Positions 14,169 to 27,123 of a DNA stretch of 64,000 nucleotides are shown one piece after another. A program made the position numbers and the translations under genes. The DNA lies in assembly GCA_002189035.1 (NCBI GenBank), contig NEEC01000021.1:992001-1056000 (forward strand), given 5' to 3'. Below the pieces are notes generated by a model. It searched no databases, had not been told where the DNA came from, and saw only the letters and a program-made list of their open reading frames with translations. The stretch is from Utricularia gibba (lineage: Eukaryota; Plantae; Magnoliophyta). Numbering within the stretch: position 1 is the first letter of the stretch; every line of letters begins with the position of its first letter.

Positions 14169-15334
14169 ATTTAGACGTCCATCCAACGCCTTAACCCACC
14201 TATCCAATAACAATATCCAAGCTGATCTTTATGAAGGGTGGGTTTTGGAATGCATCTTTTCTGGGAACTCTAGTTTATGTGTTTCTGGTTGCTTTGGACC
14301 TGGACTGTCAATGGGTACGGAGTAGTCACATCATATTAACTCAAACCAGGGCGAACCAGAGCAGCTCTTACTGTTGCTGATGTGTGTATCTGCAATGCAA
14401 TACCATAAGCTCAGTCTTCAAGAAAACCCCGGGTCAGAAGTTATAATGATTCAGGAATGGGCTGGAGTTCTGTCCTCTTTTTCACCAGGTGCAGGTGCAG
14501 GTTTGGTTCCATAGCGAGCGAAGGTTAAGCTTCCTTGAGTCAGAGGGAAACCCAAGTCTCCTCTCCTCTACCAACCCAATGCTGCGTTTCAGAAAGGGCA
14601 CCTCGGGAGTGGCGAGCTGTTCGCTGCAGAACATCACAAGTGACTCCATGAGGTGATGCCGTCCTGAAAAGGTCCCGCAGGATAAACGAAGGGCCGTCCA
14701 AGGAAGAGTCTGCCTCGGGGACTCCAGGTCTTCACTGCGATGCAGAGCAGCGAAACCACTTGAATCTAGAAGATTCACAGTTGCAGCAGGATGGCATTGG
14801 AGAAGGCCCACTAATGAATAGCTCAAAATCCTATAAAATCATACCTTGAATTGTCATCCAAAAAATTTGGATATAAACTTATTTATAAATAAGCATGTTT
14901 GCATGCCATACGAATAGTAAATAAAACAAATATATTAGATATTATCGAAATACATCTAACACTTAACACTCAATTAGTGCATTGATCAAATTTGGTCTAT
15001 TAATTAATTTTTTAAGATGCCGAAGATATCACAAGAGATTTCTGCTTCTCTAGGGTTTAGAAATCTTAAACATTTTATATGGGTTTATATAGGAATATTT
15101 TTGTAATATGTTAAACATAATATGAATATATTAGATGATTTGTAATATTTGTTGCTAAATAATTATTTGTAAACATTTTTAATAAACATATAAAGTTGTT
15201 AATTCCATATAATTACAAACTATCTATCATACGCATGATTTTGAACAGATCATATTTTTATTTTTTTAAAGATTAATTTATAATAAAAATAAATAATTTC
15301 AAAAATACAAATTTGTTTCTATAGATCATATTAC

Positions 15335-16500
15335 AGCCCCAGTCGGGTCATTTAATGAGGCCCAGAAGAGAGAACAATTCCCGCTGAGCCCAAATCTTAA
15401 CTGCGGACTGGCCCGCATCATCAAGGTCGCCCAGCCCAGTCATTGAATCAGCCCGGCCCATCCCGAAAGATCAGACCATCTCAGTAATTGAATCAGCCCA
15501 ATCCAGTCACTTAATGCGGCCCTGCTCGTATCATCAAGGTAGCCCATTCCGGTCATTGAATCTGCCCGATCCAGTCACTTAATGTGGCCCAACGCGTATC
15601 ATCAAGGTAACCCAGCCCAGTCATTGAATCAGCCCGATCCAGTAACTCAATGTGACCCATCCCGTATCATCCAGGTAGCCCAGCCCAGTCATTGAATCAG
15701 CCTGATCCAGTCACTTGATGTGACCCAGCCCGCAATCATCCAGGTCAGCCCAGCCCATTCATTGAATCAGCCCGACCCAATCACTTAATGTGGCCCTGCC
15801 CGTATGGTTATTGCGGCTCAGTCCGGATCGTCAAGGTAGCTCTGCCCAATCATTTAATTAGTCCGATCCAGCTAGTTGGTGTGGCTCAGCCCATTCAATT
15901 AAATCAGTCCGATCCAGTCACTTAATTTGGCCCAGTCCGGATCATTTTCAGTCCGATCCAGTCACTTGTTTCGGACCAGCCCGGATCAGCAAGGTAGCCC
16001 AACCCAGTCATTTAATCAGTTCGATCCAGTCATTTCATGTGGCCCAGCTCGTATGGTGATTGTGACCCAGCCCATATTATCAAGGTAGCCCTGCCCGATC
16101 ATTTAATTAGCCCGATTCAGTCACCTAATGAGACCCGGCCTGTATGGTAATCGAGGTCCAGCCGTTATCATCAAGGTAACCGAGATAGTGAGTTCTGCCC
16201 AACCCAGATCGTAAGCGCGGCTCAGCCCAGAGTTTCATGCTTGGCCAACCCAGTCATTTAATAGGCTCAGTCCGTATAGTAATTGCAGCTTAGCCCAGCT
16301 TCTCATGTTGGTCCATCCCATTCATTTGATGGGCCCGGATCAGTCCATCCTAATGGTAACTCGACCCAGTAGTTTTATATGCCCAGTTCATATTGTCATT
16401 GTAGTCCAGCCCAATTGATTATTGTGGCCCAGATCGTTCATTAAAAGGCCCAACCTAGTCATTTAGTAGGTCCAGCCTAGTTACTTGATCCCATGACCCC
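15335..16500. repeat. GC-rich higher-order tandem repeat of ~22-23-bp subunits (68-bp then 91-bp periods)
   Basis: Head-to-tail subunits anchored on GCCCAGCCC/GCCCGATCC. The CAAGGT/CCAGGT motif recurs near 15535, 15603, 15671 and 15740. GTATGGT recurs at 16051 and 16142. Confidence 0.9.
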
Positions 16501-16587
16501 ATTTTTATTTAAGATAAATTAATCATTCATCTGGTATCAAGATTCAAGAGCCCCTCAATTGAGGAGAAAATGGCGGATTCGCGGTCC

Positions 16588-16937
16588 TCAGCTAAACCAG
16601 TTAACCGGTTCAATATCCTTTCTGGCATCCGCCGGAATCCTTTCCATCACCTTCTCTTCACCTTTCGGGTAGTAGATTCCGGTTCGCTTATCCGGGATCC
16701 ACCACGCACCGGTTTCCGTCGCCCCCGTCTCGGCGTTACACCTCTTCGCTTCCCCGCCGCCCGTCTCCGGTGAGCTTGCGCCACTCTTGGTATTGCAGCA
16801 CCACGCTGTCCCTGACACCTGCAGCCTACTGCAACACAGATGGGCTTTCGGGCTCGAGGGTCAAGATCAGTCCAAGGGACTCACCTGAAGAAGATGATTC
16901 GAGACTGGGCCGCTCTCCCCGTCGCTGCAAACGCCAT
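16588..16937 (-). CDS. Small LEA_3 (SAG21/LEA5-like) family protein
   Basis: Exons 16937-16885 and 16828-16588 (GT-AG, in frame) give [22 protein letters not shown]...[30 protein letters not shown], with the W-x-P-D-x-x-T-G-x-Y-x-P motif. Confidence 0.75.
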
Positions 16938-17590
16938 CTCCGGCCTCTTACCTTGCGTCAACTATGCCGCCGGCCAATCACGTATTTATCCTTCCAGGGA
17001 GGAGGAAGAAGAAGAAGAAGAAGATGCATCTTCCTTTTTTAGTTTCCCGATGACCCACGTTGGCATTCAGATATCACTGCGTCGGAGAGCGTGCTCATAA
17101 ACTTTTCAAGCAAAAATCACCTCAATCTGATGCAAAAATTAGGGTTGAATTATGAGAATCCATTTTAATATTCATTTTATTTAATTTGAAAATAATAGTA
17201 ATTAATTGTACATGATTGTAAAATAATATAAATACATATTAATTTTTTTGAAAATCAATTATATTATTTAATTAAACATTAAAATACTATTTATGTTATT
17301 ATTCCATATTTATAGACATTTGGGATTCTGACAAAAAAAGAGAAAAACAATTTGTATTTATGAATTGTATTTGTTTTATATGTTGTATTGTGAAAATAAA
17401 AAATAATCAATTTCGACATTAAGTTTTATCTTAATATACAAGAAATAAATCAGATTTATAAATGATTTAATAATCTATTATTCATAACTCCCATCATTCA
17501 GCAACAGAGCTTTCTCAGACAAGTGTTTCTGATTATGATCGAAAGATGCATAGTCTTCAGTTTTGTAAGAATAGTCCATGAATGTTGATC

Positions 17591-19537
17591 TCAGAAGCTC
17601 GCTTCATCCGTCATCGGCTTCGTCAGCGAGTATCGCAGGCTGTTTCCGAGAACCTGGGAGGATTTCAGGCAAGAATTCATGAATGTTGAAGATGTTTGGT
17701 TCTTGCAAAAAGGCCAGAGTACCTGCTGAAGAGGCTTGATGAGAGCTTTCCCCTTGTAGTTGACATGGAACTTAGCCTTTGCCAACAGGCCCTTCAGGAG
17801 AGATGAACCAGTTGTTTGTGGGAGATGAGAAATAAGTGAATTTGGATTGATCTGTGGGGGTGAAGTTTGGCTCACCTCAGTGTCGAACTCTCCAGATTTT
17901 ATGTCAATGTTGATGTCTGTTACGATTTTTACAAGATCGACGAGCAATCCGGGGCGATCCGCAGTTTCGATGCAGAGTAAACTGGATGAATGATGCAGAG
18001 TAGCGAGTTAAGAGTTAAGATTCATCCTGTTTAGAGCAAGGGAGGTAAGAGATTTGATGCTGCTTTGTTTACCTTTGTTCCGGGCTGTCGTGGTAGACAT
18101 GAACTTGTGTTCTGATTGATTCCACCTGCAAGAATCAGAATGAGTATTCAGAATGCAAATCAGCTACAGTCTCTGTGCAGTGGAGGATCAAAGAAGAAGA
18201 AGAAGAGTACATTCTCACGGACTGGCAGAGCACCATTGGCTATTCCCAAGGCTAAACGAGCACTTGATTCCTGAAAGAACTCATGAAATCATGATAGAAA
18301 TATTGGAACAGAAACTGTGCAAGGCACTTGGGGATGCATACAGGATGGTATTCAAGCATATTATTGATGATTGTTAATCGTATCGCCTCGAGCAATTCGG
18401 GATCATCCACTTTCCTTCCTGTGGAGCTGAAGCACAGCACAGACAGTAAACAAGAAAGTAAAGAAAACAACATCATGCAGTTGGTAAAACTCCAAAACAC
18501 AGCACAAAGTTTGCCTTCTGTTCCTAAGGGGTTCTAACATCCTAAATTAGAGATTTCGGGTGCGTTTCGTTCTACTGCAGGCATGAACCTGAGCTAGTTT
18601 TGTGAAGCAGCCTCGAACCAGAGACTACTAGCTAAGCTGGGAGGGTGGTAACAGTTATATAAGCACAAATGGCATCATTGTACACCAAGTTAGACAGGAA
18701 GAGATATCAAAAGCATGGAATTACGCTTTTGTGATAGCAAACTTGTTGTGTTTGCCGGAAGAATCGAGGTATACATTTGCCTTGACAACATTCAGCCCCA
18801 GTTTTTTCAGAGCATTCATCTGCAGAAACAAGAATCATCCCATGCTAAAGGGCGCACTCCTAATAAGCTTAGGACAATTCTTGCCTTGGTCCATCACATA
18901 GTATCCAAAGCTTACATTGTTGAACATACTATCTGAAAGCAATAAGCAGCATACCGTGTCTATAAGAGCACCAAGACGGTCACCAAATGTGATCTCTACT
19001 ACTGTTGCATTGGCATCTGAATCTTGATCTATTATAACACTGGGTGTGGGGATTGCATCAGTCTCCTCTGAGCTTCCCTTCTGATCACAAGTTTTATTGA
19101 CAAACAGAAATGAAATAAAGCTTGAAACACAAACTGAGAGATGCATGTTGAGTTGAGTTCAGTACCTCTGCAGCTGTTGCTGGTGAAGCTTTAAGAACAA
19201 TTGATTTCAGAGAAGACAACAAACTGAACAACCACAAGGATGTAATTGTATAAACAACAAATCAACCAATATAAAATTTCTCACAGAAGCACTGGGACCC
19301 AAAACGGCTACATGAAAGCAACAAAAGAAAAATAAAAAAAATGAAGCTCATAACAAGAACAAAATAAGAATCAGGTTACCTTCTCTTGGAAAAGCCGAAA
19401 GAGGGTTTCACTGGATCGGGTGCAAATGAGATTCCAGAAAGAGAAGACCTTGGGATAAGCTGCTTCTCAGGGACTTTCAAATTGGCATAGGCCCCAAAAC
19501 CACCCGTTGTATAAGCCATCGTCATAGGCCCAGCCAT
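17591..19537 (-). CDS. ACR11: Plastid ACT-domain protein ACR11-like, 10 exons, intact
   Basis: Transit-peptide-like N terminus, then [86 protein letters not shown] and [15 protein letters not shown]. All junctions GT-AG and in frame. Confidence 0.92.
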
Positions 19538-20748
19538 TCCAGAATTTCCCACAAAAATTGGTTTCCCAAAACTTCAGAAACCACGACAAAGCTTCAATCT
19601 TTGTGCTCAATGCACATGAATCTCCGATTAGGCAACAGCAAGAGCAAATGGGCAAGTGGGTTTCATTTCAAAGAAGAGAGTTTCCATGGAGGGGGTTCGA
19701 AAATCGAGATAAAGGATTGGCTTTTAATGGTCATTGAAAACCACTTGTACCCGCACTCAGGAGTATCCGCCACTTATTCCTTGAGCTAAATCCATGGCCT
19801 CAAAAAAAAAAAAAAAAAAAAAGCTTAAATTGGTTGCTTATCTTCTTTATTCATGCATGGAGCATGAGGGAAATTAGAAACTCTTACAAAACATAGAAAA
19901 GGTGCGTTCTTGAGAACTGGGGCCTCTTTGTCGTATCATCTTCTCCAGATAACCCTGATGACTCATGGACAGCCCTTTGAAGGACTCCATCTTCTTGTCG
20001 CGTTTAACATGTGCTTAATTTAATTCCAATAGAAACACTCAGATTATTTTAGATAATATACGATTATTTTTATTAAGGATTAATTTATAATATAAGATAT
20101 GATTAATTTTTTTGTAACTTATTTGATTGATCAACCAAATATATATGGTGGGTCATATATATATATATATACACAAGTGTTATAAATCAATTTAGATTTT
20201 TATGATATTATCTGTTTTGGATATTCAATTATTACAATTTTACGTGTTTAATTTTTGAGAAAAATATCTAATAAAATATTAAAGAATGTCATTTTATATA
20301 AACTCTTCTTCCATTCCATCTATGATCGATGTAGAATTCATTAAAAGTAATTTTATTTTTAGGATTATTCTAAGGTATCTCATTATATATGAAATTTATA
20401 TAAGATTAAAAATAGATGATTAATTTATTAATAAAAAGAGACAAAATAAAATAATAATTGAACGAAATTTTGAAATAGTAAAAAAACTATATATATATAT
20501 ATATATATCTATCTAATTTATGATATGAAATATAATAATAATTAATAAATATATAATCAATATGTATTATTTAATATACAATAACGTTTAAATTGAATGT
20601 ATATACAAATTTTTATGAACGGGCCGGCTCGGTACTCTGTGGGCCGAGGGTCAATTGAAACCCGGCCCGCTGGCGTATCTTTTATGGAGGCAACACGAAA
20701 TCCACTTTCCATTCCTAATTTCAAGTTTGATCGCCATTCTCATCTCCC

Positions 20749-23344
20749 ATGGCGACAAGAGCGGGAGAAGAATGTCTTATCCCGATGATCCCTCCGGTGG
20801 CCGGAGATGTTCCCACCTTCTCTACCTCAGAAGAGAAGCTACTTCTCAAATCTCCGGCGATGAATACATTCTCCATCACAACAAAGCCTGAAGAATCAAA
20901 AACGTCGGCTGCGCCGCCCACTGCATCATCCTCCTCTCCTTTTTTTGCGTCTATCGCTGAACTGAAAGGCCTTTCCTCTGCGATAATCTCCTTCCAGGAC
21001 TGCTATGAAGATCTCCGTAGCCATCTAGAATCAATCAAAGCAGCTATTGCGGCGCAGTTACCCTCTCCGGGATCCGAGCAAGGGTTACAAGACGCTGTTG
21101 TGACTACTTCTCCAGTGAGGCAGCATATTAAGCAATGTAATTCGGAGTTAGAAGGTCTCTGTAGAACGATGTCTTCCCGTGCTGTGAGGAAATATTTGGT
21201 CAATCATTTATCTGATCTTCCCATGCTTCGGACAAAGGTTCCTGTTGCGTTGAAGCTCGCTCCGAATCCGCCAAAATTGGTTTTGGAATGTTTTGGAAAG
21301 TTCTTTCTGCAAGGAAGTGCGGCATTTGCTAAGAGCTCTTCAATGACTCAGATTCATGCTCGTGAGGCATCAATATTCATACTTGAGTGTTTCCTATTGA
21401 TGATGAGAATGGAAAATGGAGTTGAAAGCGGCAGTTTTGTGTTGAATATTGATGAAGAAATAAAATCAGAGGCGAATCTTTCAGCGATGGCATGGCGGAA
21501 AAGATTAATAGCTGAAGGGGGGTTGCGTAAGGCATCTCAAATTGATGCCGGGGGCTTCTGTTGTTGGTCGCTTGTTTCGGAATTCCGGATTTGTTTAAGA
21601 AGGAGGATATACGGGATTTAGTGATTGCTGCCAATTCCAAGGAGACCATGGATGTAATCCGCAACTCCAGCACCTTCATGAATAGGATATCGGGTAATGG
21701 ATTTTTTATCGCTTTGATTCTTTATTGATTGTAGTTAGAAGTACTCATGATTATTGAATGCCAAGCATGTGTTTTTATGTCTCATTCATTTTGCTTCTCA
21801 AGAAAAAAAGAATTGGTTTTTGATATATTTTCGTTTGAGCTTGTGTTCTGATTCGAGTTCATTGATGATTCCAGTTTTTTATTGAGTTCAAGTCTGGTCT
21901 GCTGAGTCACTTTATGCATTACATAGTAACTTCCATTCGAAAATGGTGCATAATGATCTTTATTAAAATCTGTATTGCAAGATATGACAGACGTGTTCAT
22001 TGAATCCATATCATGCTTCTTATCCGGGCATATGATTACTTTTGCAATGGGTTAATTGATCTGAAACATCTATCAGTGACCGGTACAAAAATTTCAATCT
22101 TCTGTAATTTCATGCTAGTGCGGATGTCTGGTGATCGTTTTAGTTGCCTGCCAAAAGCTTGCTACTATTTCTGATTGCGGCAACTCAGGAACTTTCAGAT
22201 TGCAAAATGCTTGCCACCCTTTCCATCCATTACAAAATGTGTAGTATTTGGTACCGGACTGCCTTTTTGGATTAATAGTTTGTGTCATCTATATCTCTTG
22301 CCTTCTTGCTATCTTCATGATATGCTTTCTGTGCATGTTTACAGAAATTGTGGATGAAATGCTAAACCACAAAATGGAAATAGATGCCGTTGAGATTATC
22401 TATGCTTTCAGCCTCGAAGGCAAGTATGATCCCCGGAAAATTTTACTTTCATTCCTTCGGCAAGCTAAGGAATCTGGAAAAAAGCAAAAAAAGATGAATT
22501 CGGGCTGTGCATCTTCAGTTGTAAGTTTTGTTAGAATCTGAATGGAGTATTGTGCTTTTTCAATGGACACCTTATCTAGATCGTTTCATTCTCCTTATTG
22601 CAGATTGAATACAAAAAGACGCAGTTATCTAATTTGACAGCCATTACCAATTGCTTGGAAAGGTACAATGTGGACGTTGCCGAACTTCTTGCAGGATGGC
22701 AAATCAAAGAGAAGATTGCAGTTTTAGAAAGAGACTTAGCTGACACCGGCAAGAAATCAGACAAGAAGCCATTACCACGCCACAAAAGAAAAAGAAATGA
22801 AGTTGAGACATCATCCAGAAGGCAAAGTGACCAACAAGCAAAACGATCCCGGTATGGCATTCATCATCCACCATGCAGTAACCGGAGGGAGTCATTTGAC
22901 AGCACTGGTCATTCTCATCAAAGCCGTGCAAATTCATACTCCGCCTCCCCATCCATGGTCTACAGTGGAACTGGTGCAGGCGGAAGGTTGCCTCCCAGTT
23001 CATCACACTCCCCAGTGAGCCGTCATCTACCAGCAAGGCCCTACCCTGTTGTTCATGCAGGCTTGCTGGTTGATCCAGCTGAGTACATCACTCATCCGCA
23101 TATCTCCAGAACCTCTGTAATGACTGAAATGCACCCCAGCAGTGGCCATCACCCTTTGTCATTGGGGCTCCCTAGTTTGTACAGAACATCCATGGGCGGA
23201 TATCCTAGTGAAGCACTGATAGGAAGTCGAGGCTTTGCACTGGAAATGCATGGTTTTGCCGGTCCGGAAAGGTTTCCAGGAGCAGTTGTTTCTCCCAGCA
23301 TTGCATCCATTGCAAGTTGTAAGCGATCTTCCTATCTTTCATGA
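20749..23344 (+). CDS. FRI: FRIGIDA (three-exon FRI-type); apparent 1-bp deletion at ~21548-21554
   Basis: Exons 20749-21693, 22345-22520, 22604-23344. LKLAPNPPKLVLECFGKF and WRKRL are present. Restoring one base gives IDA(R)GLLLLVACFGIP. Exons 2 and 3 give MEIDAVEIIYAFSLEGKY and ELLAGWQIKEKIAVLE. Confidence 0.85.
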
Positions 23345-23876
23345 TGTCTTCTAAGCTAGCATATGCTGATTATTTTGGTTTGTTTACTCCATTGTTCTCT
23401 ATTCTGTTCTTGGGCTTCCAGCTCAAAAGATTACATGTACATGACAAGTAAATATTCATAGTTCAGTACCAAGAACCGTAAGTGAATCAGCAGATGCTTA
23501 TTTACTCATCATCATCTGGCTTTTTTGGAAGGGCCTCGTAAACCAGATAGGGAATGCAGACATCTGCCACAACTTTAAGAAGATTTGGGAAGAGGCTTTG
23601 TCGAACACCTTGAAAATTTTCACGATTTTACGTTTTTGTAGAACATGTTCAACATGCTATTTGGATAGTATGTTGAACTTGCATCCTGGAAACCAGCACA
23701 GGCATTTGAAATAATGAGCACAGACGAATGAGAGTCCGTTTAACAATTGTACTAAAAAAAATAATTATAAAGAGAATTAAGACCACTTTGTGGTTACCAG
23801 AAGACCACCGAGAGAGCTCGTTGTCACGCACGGTTAATATACTCACGGCGAGTAGATTGGGAAGCCTATGCAAAAA

Positions 23877-25265
23877 ATGGGATCTTTGAGGAAAGCGCTT
23901 TCTCCCGCGGTGACTAGGGTTTTCACCGGCAATCGCTCTGTTCTTCAGAGGTATCGAATTACAGGAACTGTGGCCCCGGATTCGAAATTGTTTGATTGCT
24001 GAGAAGTTTTGGTTTTGTTTTGACAAACTCTGGATGCAGGCCTGGTTTTAATCAAGTTTGCCGTTATTTCTCGTCGAACGGGAGCACCCCATCTCCTGAT
24101 ATTGATTTCTCGAATGAAGAAAGTAAAAGACGCCTCGTTAACAGGTCTACCATTGCTGGGTTTCCTTTGGGGGGTTTATTTGATTGTTTGGAATTACCGT
24201 TTTTCGTTCTCCTGTTGTAATTCCGAGGAGATTTTGTAGGCTTTTGTATCGGAGTAAACAAAGGGGATACCTTGAGCTGGACCTGATCTTGGGGAGATGG
24301 GCAGATGAAAATATTCATTCTATGGATGAAACCGGGATCAAGTCCCTAAGTCATGTGCTGGACCAGGTAAAAATGGTGTGATTTCGATGTAAAAAACTGG
24401 AAGTTACCGAGTTTCAAAGCTTCTTGCGTTCCATATGTGTTCCCTGGGGTAGTATGTTAGATGGCAAAGATGCACAAGCTCATGAGATGGGATCATCAGA
24501 GGGAGTGTTTATCCCTCGAGATGACCGTGAGCATTGCAGAACGTAAATGTGAAATCAACCGCTTCAAGCTCATGCCTAAGGAGTATGAGCTCCGATTAGC
24601 TTTTGATGTTTCCCTAGTCTTCCAGTGAAATCTGATTAATGTTCTGGAAATGCCATATTCATTATGTTCTCCATCTGTTTTATGTTTGCATGATGATGAC
24701 TTTGTGATGCTTCTTTGTAACGCCACCATAAAATCTTTCTGTTAAGCCATGTATCCACTTTCCTACGTTTGGTTAAGCGAGATATCAAGTAGCACAGCTT
24801 CTTCGCCGTTTGGAACTTGTTGAGTTCTTGCAGTGACTGATTACAGAGTGTTTCTAAAACTGGAGCAATCCCTTTTGTCTGCACAATGCACATTCATTTT
24901 GCTTGATTTTGCAGACTGAGGGCTTTCTTCAGCCAATTTCGTTGCCTTATTACTAAAAGTTGTTCCATTCCTCAGGAAAATCCAGATCTGTGGACGTGGT
25001 TGACAGGTCAAGAGCAGCCCCCTGAGTCTGTGAGCACAAATCCTGTATGATCCCAACCTTGAAAACATTGCATCCACACACCCGGTTCTTCCCACTTAAA
25101 AACAGTTGTCTTCAACAGGTTTTCCTGGCGCTGCGAGGAACTGTTGCTACTAGCCTCGACAATCATGCTGCACCAGAAACTCGTGCAACATCTGGCCAGC
25201 CATGGGTGAGAGGCTGGGATGATTACAAGAAAGGCCGTGACGGACCAATCGCCGGCAACCAGTAG
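23877..25265 (+). CDS. SDHAF2: Succinate dehydrogenase assembly factor 2, mitochondrial, intact
   Basis: Exons 23877-23950, 24040-24144, 24240-24366, 24976-25044, 25119-25265 give RLLYRSKQRGYLELDLILG, ENPDLWTWLTGQEQPP and GQPWVRGWDDYKKGRDGPIAGNQ. Confidence 0.93.
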
Positions 25266-25507
25266 AATGCTCCATGAACGTTAAACTATATACATAAATT
25301 CTCCTTGGTAGCTGGTGCAAGCACCACACACTGTGTATCTGGAACCAGTATGTGGAAACCCCACCATGAGAAATAAAAAACTCCTGAGAAAACAGTGAAC
25401 CTCACCATGCATTGTTTGTCTTGTGTAAAGTGAGCATGATGAGAATCATTGAATGCAACCATATGGAGCGATGGAGTAATTTGGCAGAATACCCATACGC
25501 AAAATGG

Positions 25508-26370
25508 GGATTTACTGAATACCTCGTTTTCCCAAACCTTTTAGAAATGCCCCTATTTCAGTTATTCTTTTGCTAAATACCCCTTTTTAGAAAGATAAAC
25601 AAATAAACAAATAAATATATATATTATACATATTAAAATAATTAGCTATATATTATCAAAGTACATTTATATAAGCATTTACTTTAAATAATATTTTGAT
25701 TTAATTTATTTATATTTTTAGTTAAATTTGTTTTATACAACCATAAAAATATTTTTTAATAACTTAATGAAAATATTTTTTATTTTATTATTATATTTCA
25801 ATAATAAGTAATATCACATGAATAAATTTTTTAATCAATATATAATGTTTAATAATTTTATACTATATGATCCAAATATCATAAAAAAACATTAAATTGT
25901 TTTCTGGATACTATTCACCATATTTTGTTTCACTGCATATTTTTTATAACAACATTATATAAATACAATTCATATGTAAATTTATTACTAATTAGATTAT
26001 TGTGTTCAGTGATCAAAAAAATATATTATAAGTGTTCAAGTGATGATGCATTCAAAAACATTAGTATAACATTATACTATATATTTGTTATAGGTATAAA
26101 TTACGATTATAGTTAAGACATGTTTTTGTAAAAATATTTTTGTAATAAAAATTTAATTTTGATTTTACAATTTGTAAAGTATTGAATTAATTTGAAATCA
26201 AAATTGAATTTAAAATTAAATAGATAAAAATGTGCATTTAAAACAGATGGAAAGTATATTTTTAGATTAAAATAGATAAAAAGTTGCATTAATTATATAA
26301 AAAATAATAAAAAATCAAAAAAGAGGTATTTGAACAATACTTTTAGAACCCTGGGTATTCATCAAATCTG
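25508..26370. mobile_element. Degenerate Mutator-like MITE (AT-rich core, imperfect long TIRs)
   Basis: Left GGATTTACTGAATACCT and TTTGCTAAATACCCCTTTT are mirrored by right AAAAGAGGTATTTGAACAA and GGGTATTCATCAAATCT. No clear TSD. Confidence 0.5.
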
Positions 26371-27123
26371 GTTTTTAGGGTGGGGCATTCCACCAACGAG
26401 CCCTGGAGCCATGTGATTGATCTGCAAACTGTGCAGCTCTGGCTGTAAAGTTTGACAGAGGGACTACCCGAATGGGTAGAGTTTACATGATTGGTTTCTT
26501 CCTCCCCTTCATCAATGTATATGATGTCTGCTCTTCTGCAGCTTCTGTGACTTATCCTCAACGTGAGGTAACAACTCACCCCAAAACTCAATCTTGGGAT
26601 TTGCTGGTGTTTGAGCATAAAAAGGAATAAAAAAAGCCTATGAGTCATCGACAGCAGCTCACTAACCAACCCTTTTATTGCCACATGCTGCAAGGCGGCC
26701 ATTAAATTCTCACCAAACTACTGATTAGTTAGAACTCATCCCTGTAGGGAGATAACGCCAACAACCGTACGACTAGACATCTTCCTTCTACTGGTAGTAA
26801 TGATAACTGAGTATATGTAAGGTTATCGCCATTCTTTCATGTTTCTGTCTGTACGAAAACTGAACAGAGTTGTTCAGCTGAATACATGCTCGAAAACAAC
26901 ATAGAGTATAAGACAGCGAGCGCATTTGAAATGAAAAAGGACAGAATCATGTTATCGGTGTAATGGGATGAGTTCTGTGGCAAGGGGGCACCGAATTGAA
27001 GGCGCCCACCTACCTACTCAACTCTCCACAACAGGCTTATTAAAATCGGCAATCAACTTCATTCCCTTGTCTGCGTTTGAGAAAAAAAAGCAGAAACGTT
27101 TCTTCTCTGAAAATCCCAAGAAA

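Noticed and set aside
15335-16500. CRISPR-like reading of the repeat array
   Set aside because: The variable tails recur as four subunit types rather than unique spacers. There are no cas genes and the context is eukaryotic. I also found no TIR/TSD pair bounding the array.
24690-24840. C/D-box snoRNA in SDHAF2 intron 3
   Set aside because: ATGATGA and CTGA are present but far apart, with no terminal stem or recognisable rRNA guide.
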